This document shows positions 10,841-20,610 of a stretch of DNA of 64,000 nt, piece by piece. Position 1 is the first letter of the stretch, and every line of letters starts with the position of its first letter. The position numbers and the translations under genes are program-made. Where the stretch lies: the NCBI GenBank assembly GCA_027451865.1, contig DAIDHW010000005.1, positions 1 through 64,000 on the forward strand, written 5' to 3'. The notes beneath the pieces were generated by a model. That model searched no databases, was not told the DNA's origin, and saw only the letters and a list, made by a program, of their open reading frames with translations. The DNA is from Leptolyngbyaceae cyanobacterium clean351. GTDB taxonomy: Bacteria; Cyanobacteriota; Cyanobacteriia; DAIDHW01.

Positions 10841-11368
10841 TTAAGGGGCATTTTGCCACTGGGTGCTCAGGTGGCGAAAATCATACTGGGCCGCCCCCGG
10901 GTGACAGGATACGCAGGTATTTGGAGTAACTGGTCCAGTAAAGTGCACCCGAGGATGGAGTGCGTGGAAGTAACGAGAATCTGCCAAGGTGTAGGGTTCT
11001 ATCTCCCCCGCCAGGGTGGGCCGGGAGTACTCCTGGAGGTAGTTCCAGATGAGATGCAAGTCCGGGTCCAACAACGGGGGAATCTTGGTGCCGTAATGCT
11101 GAGTATCCAGGAGTAAAGACTGCCAAGTCTCCGTGGGAAAGACCTCAGGGGGGAGGGCAATATGACAGCTGCCGCAAGTATGGAGATAGGTTACTAAGCC
11201 TAGCCTGTAGGCGGGGGATACCGGATCGGTCATGCCAGCTGGATCGGGGGTAATTGTCGCAGCCGGGGCGGGGCGGATGTGAGCTAAACCAAAACCCAGG
11301 CTCCAGCACACCAGCAGTAGCGATATCCAGGTCCCCTTTTTTGTCCTACGTTTGCCCACCATCAGCAC
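10841..11368 (-). CDS. Dihaem c-type cytochrome (membrane-anchored or secreted)
   Basis: Two CxxCH haem-binding motifs (CGSCH, CVSCH). N-terminal basic and hydrophobic signal/anchor MLMVGKRRTKKGTWISLLLVCW. Lies 7 nt downstream of the 11429..13123 gene. Confidence 0.65.
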   Translation of the reverse strand: MLMVGKRRTKKGTWISLLLVCWSLGFGLAHIRPAPAATITPDPAGMTDPVSPAYRLGLVTYLHTCGSCHIALPPEVFPTETWQSLLLDTQHYGTKIPPLLDPDLHLIWNYLQEYSRPTLAGEIEPYTLADSRYFHALHPRVHFTGPVTPNTCVSCHPGAAQYDFRHLSTQWQNAP

Positions 11369-11428
11369 CCCAGGAAATCCCCCCCAGTGTAGCCTGATCT
11401 GAGGGGAAGGATATAAACCAGACCTGCA

Positions 11429-13123
11429 TCAGGGCACCCCCCCGAGCCGACTCCCTAGGGTGCTGATGGTGAGTACTTGGGGGGGGGTGGAGTCCGGAGG
11501 ATAGATAAAATCTAAATTCACGTCTCGGACTTGACCAGCAGCAATATTTAGGGTGACCAGAGGCTTGCCCGCCTGGCCGCGCCGCTGGACCACGTGGATG
11601 TAGGTGGTCTGAGTTTGACCGGAGTCATCGGTGTAGGTGATCCGCACCGGGCCCCGGAAGAAGATCTGGTCTTCGGGGGGGTCGTAGAAGCGTAGATCAT
11701 CCGGTTCGTGCTCCACTTTTAGGGGAGTCTGGAGGCTAAGGGAGACGGTTTGGGGCTGATTGGTAGGATTGTACAGGGGGAAAGTGAGATTGTATTCTAC
11801 TCCGTAATTACCGTTAGCTAGGTAGGCAGTATCGGGATAACGTACTAGCATGGGTGCACTCTGAACCTGTCCAGTACCCAAGGTGCCCTGGGGCAAGGTA
11901 CTAATGCCGTAGGATATCCCTACCCCGGGCATGGGAATAGTTAAGTGATCGCTGCTGGGAGTGTCAGTAACCGTGGCTTGCCAGGTGGACCCTTGTTCTA
12001 CCCCCGCCACCCGCCCATAGAAGATCCGTTCAGTGGTTGAGTAGGCATCCATGGGTGTCGGGGCCAGGTCCCGAGGACCGGCTAGGGGGCTTTGCTGCAG
12101 AAACATTTCCCATTCTTGGAGGGTTGGCACCTGCTCATGACCCTGCCGTTCTGGTGCAAACATAGCCATGTCGGCGACGTTGACGGGGCCATTACTTTCG
12201 AGCCGAATCATCGTAGAGCGGCCATTGGTGGCTGGTCCAGACCCACCAGTAGTAATTGGCAGATTCATCAGCATTTGATACTGGCCAGGGTCCAGGATGA
12301 TTTCCCGAGGCCAACTACCCGTATCTTCACCCCGCAGCAGGTCTCCTGCCACACGACTGCCGGGGCCGGAGTAGACTTGGCCAAGGGGGTCTGCCACGTA
12401 GGAAGGTAGGTTAAGGAATAAAGCCTCCGGGTCCGTAAGGTAGCTAGCGCCCGCTAGGACATTCACGCGGACTACTTTCAGGGGGTCTGGATTGTAGAGG
12501 ATTATGCCCTCAAACAGAGTGGACCCACTCTGATCGGCTCGGGCCAAGTGGTGGGCAAAGATGTCAAAGCGGCCCTCAAAGGTATAGTTCAGGTGCGCCG
12601 AGGGATAGGCCATACCCTGAGGGGAGAAAGTAGAAAGGAGGATCCCAGGCTCTAGCACTAACTCCGGACTGTTACTGTTGAAAACCGGTACCTGGTCTAG
12701 CCCACCGGGCAGAGGGCGGACCTGTTGAGCTTGTAACAGTTCCTGAGGAGGTAAGACTGCTGGGGCCGTCAACATTTCCGGCCAACTAGGCAGGGGGTAG
12801 GAAACTGGGGGCACCGATGCGGGGGTAACCTCAGGGGTGGGCACCGGTACGGGAGTGACCTCAGGGGTGGGCACCGGTACGGGGGTGACCTCAGGGGTGG
12901 GCACCGGTGCGGGAGTGACCCCTGAGGAGCCAGGGATCAAAATGGGAGTACTCTCCGGGATGGGCGCCGGCATTGGAGTGCCCTCTGAGGAGCCAGGAGT
13001 CAAAATAGGTGTGGGGTTGAGATTGCCACTAGGTGAGTATCCCGGGACTACGATCTCCTGCAGGGAAGGAAGGACTGGTTGCGAAGTCGGCAACTGAGCC
13101 AGGAGAAGAGACAAGAAAAACAC
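11429..13123 (-). CDS. Conserved hypothetical protein with N-terminal Pro/Thr/Val/Glu tandem-repeat linker (TPEVTPVPVP xN)
   Basis: 564 aa ORF starting at GTG. The repeat region is encoded by the 30-nt tandem repeat at 12811..12920. The remainder is a Gly/Pro-rich beta-type domain. Start codon uncertain. Confidence 0.5.
   Translation of the reverse strand: MFFLSLLLAQLPTSQPVLPSLQEIVVPGYSPSGNLNPTPILTPGSSEGTPMPAPIPESTPILIPGSSGVTPAPVPTPEVTPVPVPTPEVTPVPVPTPEVTPASVPPVSYPLPSWPEMLTAPAVLPPQELLQAQQVRPLPGGLDQVPVFNSNSPELVLEPGILLSTFSPQGMAYPSAHLNYTFEGRFDIFAHHLARADQSGSTLFEGIILYNPDPLKVVRVNVLAGASYLTDPEALFLNLPSYVADPLGQVYSGPGSRVAGDLLRGEDTGSWPREIILDPGQYQMLMNLPITTGGSGPATNGRSTMIRLESNGPVNVADMAMFAPERQGHEQVPTLQEWEMFLQQSPLAGPRDLAPTPMDAYSTTERIFYGRVAGVEQGSTWQATVTDTPSSDHLTIPMPGVGISYGISTLPQGTLGTGQVQSAPMLVRYPDTAYLANGNYGVEYNLTFPLYNPTNQPQTVSLSLQTPLKVEHEPDDLRFYDPPEDQIFFRGPVRITYTDDSGQTQTTYIHVVQRRGQAGKPLVTLNIAAGQVRDVNLDFIYPPDSTPPQVLTISTLGSRLGGVP
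12811..12920. repeat. Approximately 30-nt tandem repeat, about 3.7 copies (gcaccggtacgggagtgacctcaggggtgg), in frame within the CDS
   Basis: Directly visible: 12811-12840, 12841-12870, 12871-12900, partial 12901-12920, with 1-3 mismatches per unit. Confidence 0.85.
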
Positions 13124-13294
13124 GGCCAGGACTCACCACATGGAATAGCGACAACACCCAGCCTACACCTAGACTGGATGTTGCCTGTCACTGACCATCG
13201 CAAATCAGGTCTGGACTCCCAACCGGGGTAGTGTCCTCCGAGGTCATCTGGGGCCTTAGCTTTACAATAGAGATGTCCTGCTCAGATAGCGGCC

Positions 13295-13948
13295 GTGGGA
13301 CCTATGGTCAAAATTGCGGTAATTGACTACGACATGGGCAACCTGCACTCCGTGTGCAAGGCTCTAGAACGGGTGGGTGCCCAACCTTGGGTCACTGACC
13401 AAGGCACGGATCTGATCCAGGCCCAAGGGGTAGTCCTACCGGGAGTAGGCGCCTTTGATCCAGCCATGGCTAACCTCACCAGCCGGGGTCTGGTGGAGCC
13501 TATCCGTCAGGTCACAGCCCAGGGGAAGCCATTCCTGGGAATTTGCCTCGGCTTGCAACTATTGTTTGAAGGTAGTGAAGAGGGGCAAAGCCCAGGCTTA
13601 GGGATTCTGCGTGGGCACGTGCGCCGCTTTCCCCAGGAAGCGGGCTTAGCAATCCCTCACATGGGCTGGAATCAGTTGGAGGTGCTCCCGGATCAGGGCC
13701 CTCTGTGGCGGAACCTCCCGGCTGCTCCTTGGGTATACTTCGTGCATTCCTACTATGTCGAGCCCCAGGACCCCGGGGTGCGCTCTGCCCTTGTCAAGTA
13801 CGGCCAGCACCTAGTCACTGCGGCAGTCAGTCAGGGCCCCTTAAGCGCTGTCCAATTTCACCCGGAGAAGTCTTCCCGGGTAGGCTTGCAGATCTTGGCC
13901 AATTTTGTCAGCCACATACCTCAGGTCTGCCCTAAGCCGTGCGCCTGA
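13295..13948 (+). CDS. hisH: Imidazole glycerol phosphate synthase glutaminase subunit
   Basis: MVKIAVIDYDMGNLHSVCKALERVGA N-terminus, catalytic Cys in GICLGLQLL, C-terminal FHPEKS. The start is probably MVKIAV at 13304. Confidence 0.9.
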   Translation: MGPMVKIAVIDYDMGNLHSVCKALERVGAQPWVTDQGTDLIQAQGVVLPGVGAFDPAMANLTSRGLVEPIRQVTAQGKPFLGICLGLQLLFEGSEEGQSPGLGILRGHVRRFPQEAGLAIPHMGWNQLEVLPDQGPLWRNLPAAPWVYFVHSYYVEPQDPGVRSALVKYGQHLVTAAVSQGPLSAVQFHPEKSSRVGLQILANFVSHIPQVCPKPCA

Positions 13949-14505
13949 GTAACCACCAAGTCATAAAAGTCCCCCCCTCCGCCCGCCCCACCCCCGCCCG
14001 GGTGCGTCAAGCCCTCTTTAACATCTGGCGGGGGGAAATTGCCGGGTGCCGGTGGCTAGACCTGTGTGCAGGCAGTGGGGCCCTGGGGGCTGAGGCCCTG
14101 ACCCGGGGTGCTCGACGGGTAGTAGGGATTGATGTGTCTAGACAGGCCTGTCAGACCATCCGGGAGAATTGGCAGCGGTTAGCCGGTGAGGGGCAAGCCT
14201 TCGAGGTCCTCGGAGGGGATGTGGCCCAACAGCTACCTAAGCTTCGAGGACAGAAGTTTGACCGGGTCTACTTTGACCCCCCCTACGATAGTCAGCTGCA
14301 CCTTAGGGTCCTGGAAATTCTCGCGGAATTAAATCTGTTGGCTGAGTCTGGGGAGGTGGCGGTAGAACACCGGGGAGGAGAGTTACCCATCCCCCCCCTT
14401 TTGAAATTGAGAGACCGTAAGATCTACGGAGACACGGCCCTCAGTTTCCTGTGTCCTCACAACCGAGAGGGAACAGAACCCCTAGGAAGCGGAGCCTCCT
14501 CCTAA
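13939..14505 (+). CDS. rsmD: 16S rRNA (guanine966-N2)-methyltransferase
   Basis: RPTPARVRQALFNIW, SAM motif LDLCAGSGALGAEAL and DPPY motif (FDPPYDS). GTG start overlapping the hisH 3' end by 10 nt. Confidence 0.8.
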   Translation: MRLSNHQVIKVPPSARPTPARVRQALFNIWRGEIAGCRWLDLCAGSGALGAEALTRGARRVVGIDVSRQACQTIRENWQRLAGEGQAFEVLGGDVAQQLPKLRGQKFDRVYFDPPYDSQLHLRVLEILAELNLLAESGEVAVEHRGGELPIPPLLKLRDRKIYGDTALSFLCPHNREGTEPLGSGASS

Positions 14506-14657
14506 CCGATATACTCGGCTTCAGCCTCTAGGATCCGCACCAACCGCTCATCCCCCTTGGCCCTGGCAACTGCCATCCGATGCTCCAAACTCCGCTGCAG
14601 ATTCCGACGATGCGCTTCCCGCATTTGCCTCAGATTCTCTTGGCGATTAGATGACAT
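14502..14657 (-). CDS. Candidate small protein (51 aa, Arg/Glu-rich, predicted helical), unannotated
   Basis: ATG at 14657 preceded by AGGAG 6-7 nt upstream (minus strand ...AGGAGATAGGCC ATG). Translation MSSNRQENLRQMREAHRRNLQRSLEHRMAVARAKGDERLVRILEAEAEYIG. High-GC3 codon usage. It occupies an otherwise empty 258-bp gap, and its stop overlaps the rsmD stop on the opposite strand. Confidence 0.45.
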   Translation of the reverse strand: MSSNRQENLRQMREAHRRNLQRSLEHRMAVARAKGDERLVRILEAEAEYIG

Positions 14658-14763
14658 GGCCTATCTCCTGGGAGTCACAGACTATTTACTAATCCCAATT
14701 TAGCGTTTCCCCAAATAAATGTTGTCTTTGTTACAGAAAATTTAATGGGGATCTGAATCAGTT

Positions 14764-15996
14764 TCAGGCAAATTGGGTCTTGATCCGCTCTAGGGCCTCC
14801 TTAACCTGGTCCCGACCGTTAAAGGCCGACAGACGTAGGTAACCTTCCCCTGCTGCCCCAAACCCCGCCCCCGGGGTGCCCACCACATGACATTTCGCAA
14901 GCAACTGGTCAAAAAACTCCCAGCTAGACAGTCCTCCGGGAGTTTTAACCCACAGGTAGGGGGCATGCTCCCCACCGTAAACGGTAATTCCCACCCCCCG
15001 CAGGTGCTGGGCCATCAGCCGGGCGTTTTCTAGGTAAAAGTCCACCAGAGACTTAACCTGGGCACGTCCCTCAGGGGAGTAGACCGCTGCTGCGGCCCGT
15101 TGGACTGGATAGGAAACCCCGTTAAACTTAGTCGCTTGGCGGCGCTGCCACAACTGCCATAGGCCGACTAGAGAACCATCGGCGGCTCTGCCTTGGAGGG
15201 ACTTGGGCACTACCGTATAAGCACAGCGGGTGCCAGTAAATCCAGCGGTTTTGGAGAAGGAGCGAAACTCAATGGCGCACTGGCGGGCTCCCGGTAGCTC
15301 GTAGATGGACTGGGGAAGTTGGGGGTCACTGATAAAGGCTACGTAGGCAGCATCGAAAAGGATGACCGCCGAGTGGGCCAGGGCGAAGTCTACCCAGGCT
15401 TGTAGTTGAGGGCGAGAAGCCACCGCCCCAGTAGGATTGTTGGGAGAGCACAGATAGATTAAATCTACTGCATTGTCCGGCAGAGGGGGGGTGAAATTAT
15501 TTTCCGCAGTCATGGGTAGGTAAACCAAGCCGGCGTACTCCCCCCGCTCGTTGGCCTCGCCGGTATGCCCAGCCATAACGTTAGTATCTACGTATACTGG
15601 GTAGACTGGGTCAGTGACCGCAATGGTGTTTTGGTCACCGAAAATGTCCAGGATGTTCCCTGTGTCGCACTTAGACCCATCGGAAATAAAAATTTCACTT
15701 GGGTCCACCTCACAGCCACGACTATGGAAATCCCCCTGGGCAATCTTTTCGCGTAGCCAGGAGTAACCAGTTTCCGGACCGTAGCCCCGGAAGGTGTTTC
15801 GGTTGCCAAGTTCTTCAACCGCCTGGATCATGGCCTGGCGGCAGGCCAGGGGCAAAGGCTCCGTCACATCGCCAATCCCTAGCCGGATAATTTGGGCCGC
15901 CGGATGCGCCTCAGAGAAAGCCTGGACCCGGCGGGCGATTTCCGGAAATAGATAGCCTGCCTTCAGTTTTCGGTAGTGGTCGTTGATAGTCACCAT
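14764..15996 (-). CDS. dapL: LL-diaminopimelate aminotransferase
   Basis: N-terminus [24 protein letters not shown]...[14 protein letters not shown] is characteristic of DapL. 410 aa PLP aminotransferase. Confidence 0.9.
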   Translation of the reverse strand: MVTINDHYRKLKAGYLFPEIARRVQAFSEAHPAAQIIRLGIGDVTEPLPLACRQAMIQAVEELGNRNTFRGYGPETGYSWLREKIAQGDFHSRGCEVDPSEIFISDGSKCDTGNILDIFGDQNTIAVTDPVYPVYVDTNVMAGHTGEANERGEYAGLVYLPMTAENNFTPPLPDNAVDLIYLCSPNNPTGAVASRPQLQAWVDFALAHSAVILFDAAYVAFISDPQLPQSIYELPGARQCAIEFRSFSKTAGFTGTRCAYTVVPKSLQGRAADGSLVGLWQLWQRRQATKFNGVSYPVQRAAAAVYSPEGRAQVKSLVDFYLENARLMAQHLRGVGITVYGGEHAPYLWVKTPGGLSSWEFFDQLLAKCHVVGTPGAGFGAAGEGYLRLSAFNGRDQVKEALERIKTQFA

Positions 15997-17003
15997 TAAA
16001 ATTGCCTCAAGAAACGCAGGTCACTGGTGTAGAAGCGGCGAATGTCATCCATTTGGTATAAAACCATAGCTAGGCGTTCGATCCCAAAGCCAGCCGCAAA
16101 ACCCGTGTAGGTCTCAGGGTCATAGCCCACGGCCCGAAAGACCTCCGGGTCAATCATGCCGCAGCCGAGAATTTCCAGCCAGCGGCCCTGCCACTGGACG
16201 TCCACTTCGGCCGAAGGCTCCGTGAAGGGAAAGTAACTGGGACGGAAACGGATAGGCACATCTCCAAACAGGGCCCGCAAGAACGCTTTTACGGTCCCCT
16301 TGAGGTCACTGAAAGCCAGACCCTGGTCCACGGCAAAGATTTCTACCTGATGAAACACAGCCGAATGGGTAGCATCCACACTATCCCGACGGTAACAACG
16401 CCCAGGAGCCACTACCCGCAAGGGGGGAGACTGGGTTCCCATAGTGCGGACCTGGACGTTGGACGTGTGGGTGCGCAAGAGATGCCCATCGGGGAGATAG
16501 AGAGTATCCTGCATGTCCCGAGCTGGGTGGTCAGGGAGAAAGTTGAGGGCCTGGAAGTTGTAGTAGTCGCTTTCCACCTCCGGTCCCTCCGCCACCTTGT
16601 ATCCTAGACCGACAAAGATGTCGAGGACCCGGTCAATAGTCCCCTGGAGGGGGTGGACCTTCCCCTGGGGACGGTAAATCCCAGGCATAGTCACATCTAG
16701 GGTCTCCGTGGCCAGCTGAGTGGCGACTTGGGCTGCCTCTAGGGCCGAGCGCTGGCGGTCTAGGGCTGCCTGGATCTGCTGCTTAACCTGGTTGGCCACT
16801 GCTCCCACCCGCGGCCGGTCCCCCTCAGGTAAACGCCCTAGACCACTGAGAATCTGGGAGAGTTGTCCTTTTTTACCTAGGTACTTGAGCCGCAGGCTTT
16901 CTAGGTGGTCCGCTGTGGCGGGCCGCAGGTCAGCTAGGGCCGTCTCAGCCTCGGTGCCAAGGGCCTGAAGCTGGGTTTCTAAGTCGTCGGCAAAGGGAGT
17001 CAT
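15996..17003 (-). CDS. pheS: Phenylalanyl-tRNA synthetase alpha subunit (start taken at MTPFADDL; the ORF extends to 17072)
   Basis: Class II core [17 protein letters not shown] and [10 protein letters not shown]. Its stop overlaps the dapL start as TAATG. Confidence 0.9.
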   Translation of the reverse strand: MTPFADDLETQLQALGTEAETALADLRPATADHLESLRLKYLGKKGQLSQILSGLGRLPEGDRPRVGAVANQVKQQIQAALDRQRSALEAAQVATQLATETLDVTMPGIYRPQGKVHPLQGTIDRVLDIFVGLGYKVAEGPEVESDYYNFQALNFLPDHPARDMQDTLYLPDGHLLRTHTSNVQVRTMGTQSPPLRVVAPGRCYRRDSVDATHSAVFHQVEIFAVDQGLAFSDLKGTVKAFLRALFGDVPIRFRPSYFPFTEPSAEVDVQWQGRWLEILGCGMIDPEVFRAVGYDPETYTGFAAGFGIERLAMVLYQMDDIRRFYTSDLRFLRQF

Positions 17004-17077
17004 AGAGGTACGCTTAAGCAAGGGTTTGGGTACTGTTAGTGTAAATGGCAAAGCTAAGTATTCTGCCATCAATCCCC

Positions 17078-17863
17078 ATGAAGCTATTAGTAAGCAATGA
17101 CGATGGAGTCTTCGCCTCAGGAATTCGGGCTCTTGCCGACACCCTGGCCCAGGCTGGCTACTCGGTAACCGTAGTGTGTCCAGACCAGGAGCGCTCCGCC
17201 ACCGGCCACAGCCTCACTCTACATCAGCCAATCCGGGCTGAGGTGGTTGAAGGGGTTTTTCATCCCGCAGTCAAGGCCTGGGCTTGCTCGGGTACTCCCT
17301 CAGACTCAGTAAAACTAGCCCTGTGGACCTTGCTCCCCCAACCGCCAGATCTGATTTTGTCAGGGATCAACCACGGGCCTAACCTGGGTACCGATATTCT
17401 CTACTCGGGGACTGTATCAGCAGCCATGGAAGGACTGATTGAGGGTATTCCCAGTGCAGCCTTGAGTTTAGGCAGTTATACCAGTCGAGACTTTGGACCA
17501 GCTGCCCAATTTGCCCTCGACCTGGTGCGGGCCCTCGAGGCCAACCCCCTAACCCAACTGGTGCTCCTGAACGTGAACATCCCTGCGGTACCGGCGGGGG
17601 AGATCGCCGGGGTGAAGGTGGTCCGTCAGGGGGTGCGGCGCTACCGGGATGTGTTTGAAAAGCGCCAAGACCCCCGGGGTCGGTCCTACTATTGGCTGGC
17701 GGGGGAATTAATTGAAGATGATGGGGACGGGGACGGGGCGACCACGGATGTGATGGCAATCCAGGAAAAATTTATTACTGTTACTCCCTTAGACTACAAT
17801 CTGACCAGTTTGGCAGGCTTGAACCTCTTGAAAGACCACCAGCTCCTCTGCCCCGACCTATGA
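17078..17863 (+). CDS. surE: 5'/3'-nucleotidase SurE (start taken at [10 protein letters not shown]; the ORF extends to 17045)
   Basis: N-terminal SNDDG motif and SGINHGPN. Confidence 0.9.
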   Translation: MKLLVSNDDGVFASGIRALADTLAQAGYSVTVVCPDQERSATGHSLTLHQPIRAEVVEGVFHPAVKAWACSGTPSDSVKLALWTLLPQPPDLILSGINHGPNLGTDILYSGTVSAAMEGLIEGIPSAALSLGSYTSRDFGPAAQFALDLVRALEANPLTQLVLLNVNIPAVPAGEIAGVKVVRQGVRRYRDVFEKRQDPRGRSYYWLAGELIEDDGDGDGATTDVMAIQEKFITVTPLDYNLTSLAGLNLLKDHQLLCPDL

Positions 17864-18720
17864 CTGAGCAGCCGTTTCAGGTGCGTTTCTGGGGAGTTCG
17901 AGGTAGCATCCCCTGTCCCGGACCTGAGACGGTCCGGTATGGGGGTAACACGCCCTGTGTCGAAATGCGCGTCGCAGACCAGCACCTGATCTTCGACGCC
18001 GGCACCGGTCTTCGGGCCCTGGGTCAGCACCTACTAAATCAGTTGCCCGTGGAAGCCCACCTCTTCTTCACCCACAGCCACTGGGACCATATTCAGGGTT
18101 TTCCCTTCTTCACCCCCGCTTTCCTTCCGGGTAACTGCTTCCACATTTACGCCCCCCTGGCGGCTAATGGCACCACTATTGAGCAGCGCCTCAACGACCA
18201 AATGCTGCACCCTAACTTCCCTGTCCCCCTCCAGGTCATGGGAGCAGGGTTGGTGTTCCACACCCTAGACCTACAGGAAACGGTCCACCTAGGGGAGGTC
18301 AGGATTACCAACAGGCCCCTCCATCACCCAGGGGGGGCCGTTGGCTATCGGGTGGAGTGGGGAGGACACCGGGCCGCCTACATTAGTGATACGGAACACA
18401 TCTATGACGGGGTCGACCCCCAGGTACTGACCCTCGCTCAGAATACCGACTTGATGATCTATGACTCCACCTACACCGACGAGGAATACAACTCCCCCAC
18501 CCTCAACAGGCGGGGTTGGGGTCACTCCACCTGGCAGGAGGCGGTCAAGGTTGCCCAGGCGGCTAAGGTCAAGACCCTGGTAATTTTCCATCATGACCCA
18601 CTCCACAACGATGAGTTTATGGACCAGGTGGCCACCGCCGCCCAGGCCAGATTCCCTAACACCATCGTTGCCCAGGAGGGAATGACTATAGATTTGCTCA
18701 CCCGACAACAGACACGATAG
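17860..18720 (+). CDS. MBL-fold metallo-hydrolase
   Basis: THSHWDH metal-binding motif in a 286 aa protein. Its start ATG overlaps the surE stop (ATGA). Confidence 0.7.
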   Translation: MTEQPFQVRFWGVRGSIPCPGPETVRYGGNTPCVEMRVADQHLIFDAGTGLRALGQHLLNQLPVEAHLFFTHSHWDHIQGFPFFTPAFLPGNCFHIYAPLAANGTTIEQRLNDQMLHPNFPVPLQVMGAGLVFHTLDLQETVHLGEVRITNRPLHHPGGAVGYRVEWGGHRAAYISDTEHIYDGVDPQVLTLAQNTDLMIYDSTYTDEEYNSPTLNRRGWGHSTWQEAVKVAQAAKVKTLVIFHHDPLHNDEFMDQVATAAQARFPNTIVAQEGMTIDLLTRQQTR

Positions 18721-18749
18721 GATGGCTAGACTATGTCAGAATGTGAAGC

Positions 18750-19700
18750 GTGTGGATTACTTCTAATCTGAATCGGGTCATTACCCCCACCGCCATTGCC
18801 CTCGGCAATTTCGACGGGGTGCATCGCGGTCACCGGCAGGTAATTGATCCTATTGTGCAAGTGGCCAGGGGCCATCCGACTGTAGTTAGCTTCCACCCCC
18901 ATCCCCAGGAGTTTTTCTCCGGGGAGACCTCGGCCCTGATCACCCCCTTGGCCGAAAAGGTAGAGCAGCTCCAAGAGTTGGGAGTCCGCCAGTTGGTCTT
19001 GTTACCCTTCACCCCTGAACTTGTCCACCTCACCCCCGGGGAATTTGTCGATAAAATCCTCCTCGGCCACCTGAAGGCCCTGCACGTGAGCGTGGGGGAA
19101 AACTTTCAGTTTGGCTACCAACGCTCCGGGTCCGCCCAAGACTTGATGCGTCTAGGTCAAGAGCGGGGGTTGGGGGTAGTGTGCGTCGGTTTGAGCACCA
19201 CCCCAGAGGGAGAGGTCATCAGTAGCTCCCGGATCCGAGCAGCCTTAGCTATCGGAGACCTAGAGCAGGCTTGCCAGCTCCTCGGCCGCCCCTATACCCT
19301 GCGAGGATGGGTGGTGGCTGGGGATGGCCGAGGCCGGGAGTTGGGTTTTCCCACGGCTAATTTAGGTCTTCCACATCGTAAACTCCTGCCCCGTCAGGGG
19401 GTCTACGCCATCCACGCTAGTTCCCCTGCCCTAACCCAAGGCCGGCCAGGAGTAATGAATTTCGGGGCCCGGCCGACCGTAGACGGCCAAGGCCAGCGAG
19501 CAGAAGTCCATTTATTTGACTGGTCAGGGGACCTCTACGGGCAGGCGCTGCGGGTGGAACTAATCAAATTTCTGCGACCGGAACGACGATTCCCCAGTCT
19601 GGGAGAACTTAAAGCCCAAATTCACCAGGACTGCCTGGTGGCGCGCTCAATCCTCCAATTACCCTACCATGAGACATCAGCTTGCTTCCCTGACCGCTAA
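18750..19700 (+). CDS. ribF: Bifunctional riboflavin kinase / FMN adenylyltransferase
   Basis: N-terminal FAD-synthetase block ALGNFDGVHRGH. C-terminal riboflavin kinase block (GFPTANL, EVHLFDW). Confidence 0.85.
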   Translation: MWITSNLNRVITPTAIALGNFDGVHRGHRQVIDPIVQVARGHPTVVSFHPHPQEFFSGETSALITPLAEKVEQLQELGVRQLVLLPFTPELVHLTPGEFVDKILLGHLKALHVSVGENFQFGYQRSGSAQDLMRLGQERGLGVVCVGLSTTPEGEVISSSRIRAALAIGDLEQACQLLGRPYTLRGWVVAGDGRGRELGFPTANLGLPHRKLLPRQGVYAIHASSPALTQGRPGVMNFGARPTVDGQGQRAEVHLFDWSGDLYGQALRVELIKFLRPERRFPSLGELKAQIHQDCLVARSILQLPYHETSACFPDR

Positions 19701-20610
19701 TCTCAGTCAGACCATCATTGGTAAACAAGAGGCCATCCAGCTGATGCTGGTAGCTTTGCTCTCAGGTGGTCATGCCCTCCTCGAGGATGTGCCTGGGGTT
19801 GGCAAAACTCTTTTAGCCAAGACCCTAGCCCGTTCGATCGCCGGCAAATTTCAGCGCGTACAGGCCACCCCTGACCTCCTCCCTAGTGATGTCACCGGCA
19901 CCAACATCTGGAACCCCCAGAGTGGCCAGTTTGAATTCCTAGCCGGACCAGTCTTCTCCCACGTTCTGCTAGTAGATGAGATCAACCGGGCCACCCCCCG
20001 CACCCAATCAGCCCTGCTAGAGGTCATGGAGGAACAACAGGTAACAATTGATGGGTTCTCTCGACCTGTTCCCCATCCCTTCTTTGTGATTGCTACTCAA
20101 AACCCCGTGGAGTACCAGGGCACCTTTCCTCTGCCAGAAGCTCAAATGGACCGCTTTGCCCTCGCCTTTAGTTTGGGTTATCCCACAGAGGAAGAGGAGA
20201 TCCAAATGCTCCGTCAGCCCCGGGGAACCGAGGTGCAGCCATGTCTTACCGTAGAAGATATTCTCGAGTTGCAGCGGCAGTGTGCCCAAGTCAGTATTCC
20301 TCCGGACGTGCAGACCTACGCGGTGCGCCTGGTGCGGTCCACCCGAACCGACGAGCGTATCCTTCTAGGGGTTAGCCCGCGGGGGTCAGTAGCTTTACAG
20401 CGGGCCTGCCAAGCCCGGGCTTTCCTCGAGGGGCGCGACCACGTCCTGCCAGACGACGTCAAAGTGCTTGTTCCCCCCGTCCTAACCCATCGTCTAGTCC
20501 CAGCCCCTGGTCAGCAGGCGACCAAAATTCTAGCGGAATTACTCCACGACCCCGTCCAGGGAGTGCCTAACTCCTCAAGCCATGGTTATGTACACGAGCC
20601 CCTGCCGTAA
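19669..20610 (+). CDS. MoxR-family AAA+ ATPase
   Basis: IIGKQEAIQLMLVALLSGGHALLEDVPGVGKT Walker A. LLVDEINRATP Walker B/sensor region. About 313 aa. Confidence 0.85.
   Translation: MRHQLASLTANLSQTIIGKQEAIQLMLVALLSGGHALLEDVPGVGKTLLAKTLARSIAGKFQRVQATPDLLPSDVTGTNIWNPQSGQFEFLAGPVFSHVLLVDEINRATPRTQSALLEVMEEQQVTIDGFSRPVPHPFFVIATQNPVEYQGTFPLPEAQMDRFALAFSLGYPTEEEEIQMLRQPRGTEVQPCLTVEDILELQRQCAQVSIPPDVQTYAVRLVRSTRTDERILLGVSPRGSVALQRACQARAFLEGRDHVLPDDVKVLVPPVLTHRLVPAPGQQATKILAELLHDPVQGVPNSSSHGYVHEPLP

Noticed and set aside
13124-13294. 171-bp intergenic region between the repeat-protein gene and hisH, scanned for tRNA or ncRNA
   Set aside because: No cloverleaf or conserved motif is detectable. It is likely just the divergent promoter region.
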